DNA from: a virus
Lineage: Duplodnaviria; Caudoviricetes
DNA: 26,221 nt
Reading direction: 5' to 3' (one strand)
Virus record (IMG/VR): IMGVR_UViG_3300017781_003142
Coordinates: 1-26,221 of that record
A program made the position numbers and the translations under genes. Shown here one piece after another: positions 22,334 to 26,221 of this stretch. Below the pieces are notes generated by a model that was not told where the DNA came from, did not search any database, and was given only the letters and a program-made list of their open reading frames with translations. Each line of letters opens with the position of its first letter. The first letter of the stretch is position 1.

Positions 22334-23296
22334 TTACAAGGTTCCTATGTAAGCGGCTGTGTCAGCCATGCGACAACTAAATGCCCATTCGTTATCATAC
22401 CAGCCTAATACTCGACCCATATGATTATCTATAACTTTAGTTTGGTCTGCGGCTATGATACAACTTTCCGCAGTGTGATTGTAATCAATACTAACTAATG
22501 GTTGTGTTTCATATCCCAACACACCATTTAAAAAGAGACCAGCATAACTTTCAAATGCTAAATTAACTTCGTCTACATCAATAGGAGTTTCACTTTCAAA
22601 TGTAAAGTCAACACAACTAACATTTGCAGTAGGAACTCTAATAGCACTTCCAGTTAGTTTACCTTGTAGTTCAGGAATAATTAATCCTATGTTCTTAGTT
22701 GCGCCTGTGCTTGTAGGTATCATACTCATACCTGCTGTTCTTGCTCTATAGGGATCTTTATGTCGTCTATCAACTGTGCTTTGATCTCCTGTGTAACTAT
22801 GAACAGTTGTCATTACTCCTCTTTTAATTCCAAACTCTTTCTGTAACACCATTGCCATAGGAGCAAGGCAATTTGTTGTACAACTAGCATTACTAACAAC
22901 AAAGTCTGTTGATTCTAATTCGTGATGATTAACACCGTAAACTGTTGTGAAGTCTACATTCTTTGCAGGCGCACTAATTAATACTCTAGTTGCACCATTA
23001 TCTATATGTTTACTTGCAACCTTTCCATCATTAAACGCCCCAGTACATTCTAAAACTACATCTACATCATTCCATTTAAGTTGTGTGATGTCACGTTCAT
23101 GAGTCCATTCAATGTCGTTGCTAACATGACCGGGGTTACGTCCATGTATACTATCAAACTTTAATAAATGCAAATTACTTTCTTTGTCGCCACTTGCATT
23201 TATTTTTACTAGTTCTAAGTCGTTACGTTCATTTATAATGTGCCGGGCAACACATCGACCTATACGACCAAATCCGTTTATACCAACCCGTACCAT
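22334..23296 (-). CDS. gap: type I glyceraldehyde-3-phosphate dehydrogenase
   Basis: GINGFGRIGR, SNASCTTNCLAP, TTVHSYT, IPTSTGA, RVPT, WYDNEW. Confidence 0.96.
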   Translation of the reverse strand: MVRVGINGFGRIGRCVARHIINERNDLELVKINASGDKESNLHLLKFDSIHGRNPGHVSNDIEWTHERDITQLKWNDVDVVLECTGAFNDGKVASKHIDNGATRVLISAPAKNVDFTTVYGVNHHELESTDFVVSNASCTTNCLAPMAMVLQKEFGIKRGVMTTVHSYTGDQSTVDRRHKDPYRARTAGMSMIPTSTGATKNIGLIIPELQGKLTGSAIRVPTANVSCVDFTFESETPIDVDEVNLAFESYAGLFLNGVLGYETQPLVSIDYNHTAESCIIAADQTKVIDNHMGRVLGWYDNEWAFSCRMADTAAYIGTL

Positions 23297-24256
23297 TTAG
23301 ACAAACAGGCTACTAACGGATTCTTCGTTAGTAACTCTACGCATTGCTTCTCCAAATAGTGGTGCAACACTTACTTGTCTTGTTTTCTTACAGTTCTTTG
23401 GACATCGATCGGCAATTGAATCAGTAACTACTAATTCATCTAATACACTTTTCTCAACCTTCTGACAGGCATCGTCGGACAGTACACCGTGTGTGATATA
23501 TGCTCTAACACTTAAAGCACCTTGATCCATGATTGCTTTGGCCGCATTGCATAGTGTTCCGCCTGAGTCTACAATGTCATCAACAAGGATAGCATGTTTG
23601 CCTTTGACATCTCCAATTAGATTCATTACTTCTGACTTGCCTGCTTCAGGACGCATCTTGTCTACAATAGCAATGTCTCCATTAAACATATCAGCAAACT
23701 TTCTAGCACGAACAACTCCGCCTGCGTCCGGTGAAACAAAAACAGTCTTTGCTTGTTCTACATCTGGTTCGTCGATAATACCAATTGAACGTTTTATATC
23801 TTTTGCAAATACTACACGGCTTGTTAAATCATCCACTGGGATATCAAAGAAGCCTTGTATCTGTCCTGCATGTAGATCCATTGTAAGGATCCTATCTGCA
23901 CCTGCTGTAACTAACAAGTTGGCAACTAGTTTTGCTGTAATAGGAGTACGACTTGCACTCTTACGATCTTGTCTTGCATAACCAAAGTAAGGAATGACTG
24001 CTGTAATTCTACTTGCACTTGATCTACGTGCCGCATCAATCATAATCAACAGTTCCATAAGACTATCATTAACAGGCGTACATGTACTTTGTACTATAAA
24101 CACATCTTCACCGCGAATGTTTTCGTTAAACTCTACACTAGATTCTCCATCTGCAAACGTGCTGACGTTTGCTGGAACAAGACTAGCAAAACAGTGTTCT
24201 GCTATCTCTTGTGCTAATTTAGGATTAGCATTTCCTGTAATGATTTTCATCTTCAA
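23297..24256 (-). CDS. prs: ribose-phosphate pyrophosphokinase (class I PRPP synthetase)
   Basis: FADGE, PYFGYARQDRK, DLHAGQIQGFF, VSPDAGG, VDDIVDSGGT. Confidence 0.97.
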   Translation of the reverse strand: MKMKIITGNANPKLAQEIAEHCFASLVPANVSTFADGESSVEFNENIRGEDVFIVQSTCTPVNDSLMELLIMIDAARRSSASRITAVIPYFGYARQDRKSASRTPITAKLVANLLVTAGADRILTMDLHAGQIQGFFDIPVDDLTSRVVFAKDIKRSIGIIDEPDVEQAKTVFVSPDAGGVVRARKFADMFNGDIAIVDKMRPEAGKSEVMNLIGDVKGKHAILVDDIVDSGGTLCNAAKAIMDQGALSVRAYITHGVLSDDACQKVEKSVLDELVVTDSIADRCPKNCKKTRQVSVAPLFGEAMRRVTNEESVSSLFV

Positions 24257-25020
24257 GTTGGGTCCTTTCTAACCTGTTGGTTGTAATTGTCTGCTTCTTC
24301 AAGTATAGTTATACGTCCTCCTGCGACCTGAGCAGACCTTATGGTTGCAGTAACGTCTTTAGGAAAACAATGTCCTCCATAGCCACGTGCATTACGTGAT
24401 ACTAAACTATGGCTAGCATTGATTCGCTTGTCGTCTGTAATAACTTTTCTAACTGTTTCAAAGTCTATTTCTTGTGCATCACAAAAGTCTTTTACTTGAT
24501 TAAAGTAAGTAACCTTTAGTGCTAAGAAACTATTTCTTAATTGCTTGGCGGCAATAAGTTCTTTAGGATCTGCTGGAGTAACGCTAATTGAACCTAGTGC
24601 ATCTATAAACAATTCTGCCCAAAAATTTGTATCTCCTCCGCCTACATACATATGATCATTTAATCTAAAATCAGTTTTCCAATGTGCCGCACGTAGGAAC
24701 TCTGGAGAGTAACTAACATTTTTATTCTTACAACAATCTGTTACTAACTTCCAGCCTTCTATACTCATTGTACTTTTAATTAAGTAAGGAACATTAGGAC
24801 CATCATCAAGGACATCACCTACATTGGTTACATCACAATGACCATTACTACTTCCTGGTGTGCTGACACAAATAATAATTGCATCTGCATGACGTAAGTC
24901 TCCGTAGTGGCCTTGTGCAGGGTCGCTAATAATAATATCGTGGTAAGGTTCAAGCATTAATTCGTGTGCTTTACCTACGTATCCGTATCCTGCTATTCCT
25001 ATTTTCATCCTATCATCCAA
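24253..25020 (-). CDS. UDP-glucose/GDP-mannose dehydrogenase family protein lacking the C-terminal domain
   Basis: GYGYVG, CVSTP, IKST, SPEFLR, KQLRNSFLA, GYGGHCFPKD; only 255 aa. Confidence 0.88.
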   Translation of the reverse strand: MDDRMKIGIAGYGYVGKAHELMLEPYHDIIISDPAQGHYGDLRHADAIIICVSTPGSSNGHCDVTNVGDVLDDGPNVPYLIKSTMSIEGWKLVTDCCKNKNVSYSPEFLRAAHWKTDFRLNDHMYVGGGDTNFWAELFIDALGSISVTPADPKELIAAKQLRNSFLALKVTYFNQVKDFCDAQEIDFETVRKVITDDKRINASHSLVSRNARGYGGHCFPKDVTATIRSAQVAGGRITILEEADNYNQQVRKDPT

Positions 25021-25253
25021 TTATAAACTGCTCTCATTGCAAGTAACATATACATAAGTTCCATCATTGCTCGTGGAATGTCTTTGTCTTTGACTGCAAA
25101 GTAAATCCACATCAAACAACTAACACAAGCCATTACCCAACCTACTGCTTGAGTATCAGGATTAGCATCTGATAAAACATAAGCGGCGGCAATGGCTATT
25201 AGAAATCCAATCCATCTACCTTTGTCTAGTTTTTGATAGAACCTTATTTTCAT
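25005..25253 (-). CDS. small three-TM membrane protein
   Basis: Three hydrophobic segments; first gene after the promoter. Confidence 0.7.
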   Translation of the reverse strand: MKIRFYQKLDKGRWIGFLIAIAAAYVLSDANPDTQAVGWVMACVSCLMWIYFAVKDKDIPRAMMELMYMLLAMRAVYNWMIG

Positions 25254-25259
25254 ATTGTT

Positions 25260-25288
25260 ATTATACTTTCTTTACTTTATATTGTCAA
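25260..25288 (-). promoter_or_regulatory. consensus sigma70 promoter of the metabolic operon
   Basis: TTGACA (25288-25283), 17 bp, TATAAT (25265-25260); ATG follows after 6 nt. Confidence 0.85.
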
Positions 25289-25290
25289 AT

Positions 25291-25321
25291 AAAAAAGGCA
25301 GTGCCGTCGAACACTACCTTT
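25291..25321 (-). terminator. rho-independent terminator after the permease gene
   Basis: AGGTAGTG-TTCGACGG-CACTGCCT followed by T5. Confidence 0.8.
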
Positions 25322-25326
25322 CCATT

Positions 25327-26221
25327 TTAATATCCGTTAGGTACAATAACATAGTGTATCATTAACACTACGCCTACTGAAGCACCTAGTCCTATCATCA
25401 TCTTGATGAAGTCTTTGGTAACCAACGGAAACACTGTCTTGAATTTTTCTTTGCCTGTCATAGTTGCCATAGCAAGTTCTCGTCCACATAACAATCCTAC
25501 GAACACCCATGTTGTTGACATTGGAATATCATTTAGTTCTTTAAAGAACCAAAGTATAAGAAAGTATACTGCATCAATTATTGTAGCACTACGAACATAT
25601 CTTGTGTTGTGCTTTTCAATAACAATATTTTGTATCTTACCTCCACCCTCTTTGAACATAAAGCCTAAGCCTACAATAAACACAAGTGAAATCATTACCA
25701 TTAGATCCCAAGGTATCTCTCTAGGCAGGAACACAGCAATGTTTGCCATGTCATGGCTTAACCAAGTGAACCATAGGAAGCCTGTGGTTACCCACTGTCC
25801 TATTCTCCACCATCGTTTGTGTTCTTCTTTAACTGGGTTTGCTTCGTTTAGGATTTTAGTTACTCCTATCCAAATAACATATGCCGCGACTGCCGCCACT
25901 GCATAACCCATCATGCTTTTAACAAGCATCTTCTCTAGCACAAACGTACTAGCGAATGCACTTAATACTAAAAAAGAAGTACTAACTGGTACTCCTATCC
26001 TTGTAAGTATTAATAATAGTCCTGGCGCCATTGCATGGTACCATTGTATCTCTTGGAACGGTATTTTGTTTAGTCGTCCGTAACTGATGTCTCCACCGTT
26101 AGTGTACCAACCATACCAAAGTGTATACAGTAGAACAGCCGAAGCCGCTCCCCACATAACTTTCCAATTAAATTTATCGTTATTACTTGCGATCCATGTA
26201 CCTAAAGTTTGTACGGAATCA
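25327..26221 (-). CDS. multi-pass permease, divergent PiT/PHO4-like; 5' end beyond the window
   Basis: Frame open to the edge (DSVQTLGTWIASN...); duplicated motifs GVPVSTS and IPMSTT plus HDMAN, like PiT repeats; many TM segments. Confidence 0.7.
   Translation of the reverse strand, partial: DSVQTLGTWIASNNDKFNWKVMWGAASAVLLYTLWYGWYTNGGDISYGRLNKIPFQEIQWYHAMAPGLLLILTRIGVPVSTSFLVLSAFASTFVLEKMLVKSMMGYAVAAVAAYVIWIGVTKILNEANPVKEEHKRWWRIGQWVTTGFLWFTWLSHDMANIAVFLPREIPWDLMVMISLVFIVGLGFMFKEGGGKIQNIVIEKHNTRYVRSATIIDAVYFLILWFFKELNDIPMSTTWVFVGLLCGRELAMATMTGKEKFKTVFPLVTKDFIKMMIGLGASVGVVLMIHYVIVPNGY

Noticed and set aside
23297-24256. prs as the ADPR-PP synthetase of a phage NAD-reconstitution pathway
   Set aside because: Sequence looks like a canonical class I Prs, and no Nampt-like or Nmnat partner is in the window
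1-26221. Stop-codon reassignment as in some large phages
   Set aside because: TAA, TAG and TGA all end well-defined genes (for example nrdA on TAG, nrdB on TGA), and coding density is high under the standard code
21139-26221. Metabolic genes as host chromosome flanking a prophage
   Set aside because: Similar AT-rich composition and promoter style to the phage genes, shortened proteins, overlap with the phage lipase, and no integrase or att-like boundary seen

Overview
This AT-rich, densely coding window is almost entirely on the minus strand and reads as part of a large lytic T4-like or jumbo myophage. It has two promoter classes: sigma70-type TTGAC-N17-TAnnnT promoters before metabolic genes and short T4-late-like TAAATA/TAAGTA boxes before virion genes. 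A permuted two-piece tmRNA (tag ANDNYAPEMAMAA, GGCAGTA T-loop) points to an alphaproteobacterial host, possibly a roseobacter. In window order it holds: small accessory genes (HTH, thermonuclease, a mini outer-membrane protein, tmRNA, AdoMetDC, an Hc1-like protein); glutaredoxin-nrdB-nrdA; a beta-helix tail/virion protein; a PD-(D/E)XK nuclease and NfuA; about 9 kb of late genes whose products look like capsid-targeted internal head proteins; a class-3 lipase; a translationally coupled ugd-prs-gap-pckA operon; and a PiT-like permease cut by the window edge. The strongest new signals are (1) an A_AAA_AAG slippery site plus stem-loop at 11589-11651 predicting a programmed -1 frameshift, (2) an adjacent RNA-ligase-like and Pol-beta-like nucleotidyltransferase pair with packaging/cleavage-like motifs, a candidate virion-injected RNA-repair module, and (3) a gluconeogenesis-to-PRPP operon with a minimised PEPCK and a GAPDH lacking the NAD-specifying Asp32. 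Family assignments come from motif recognition only; no searches were run.
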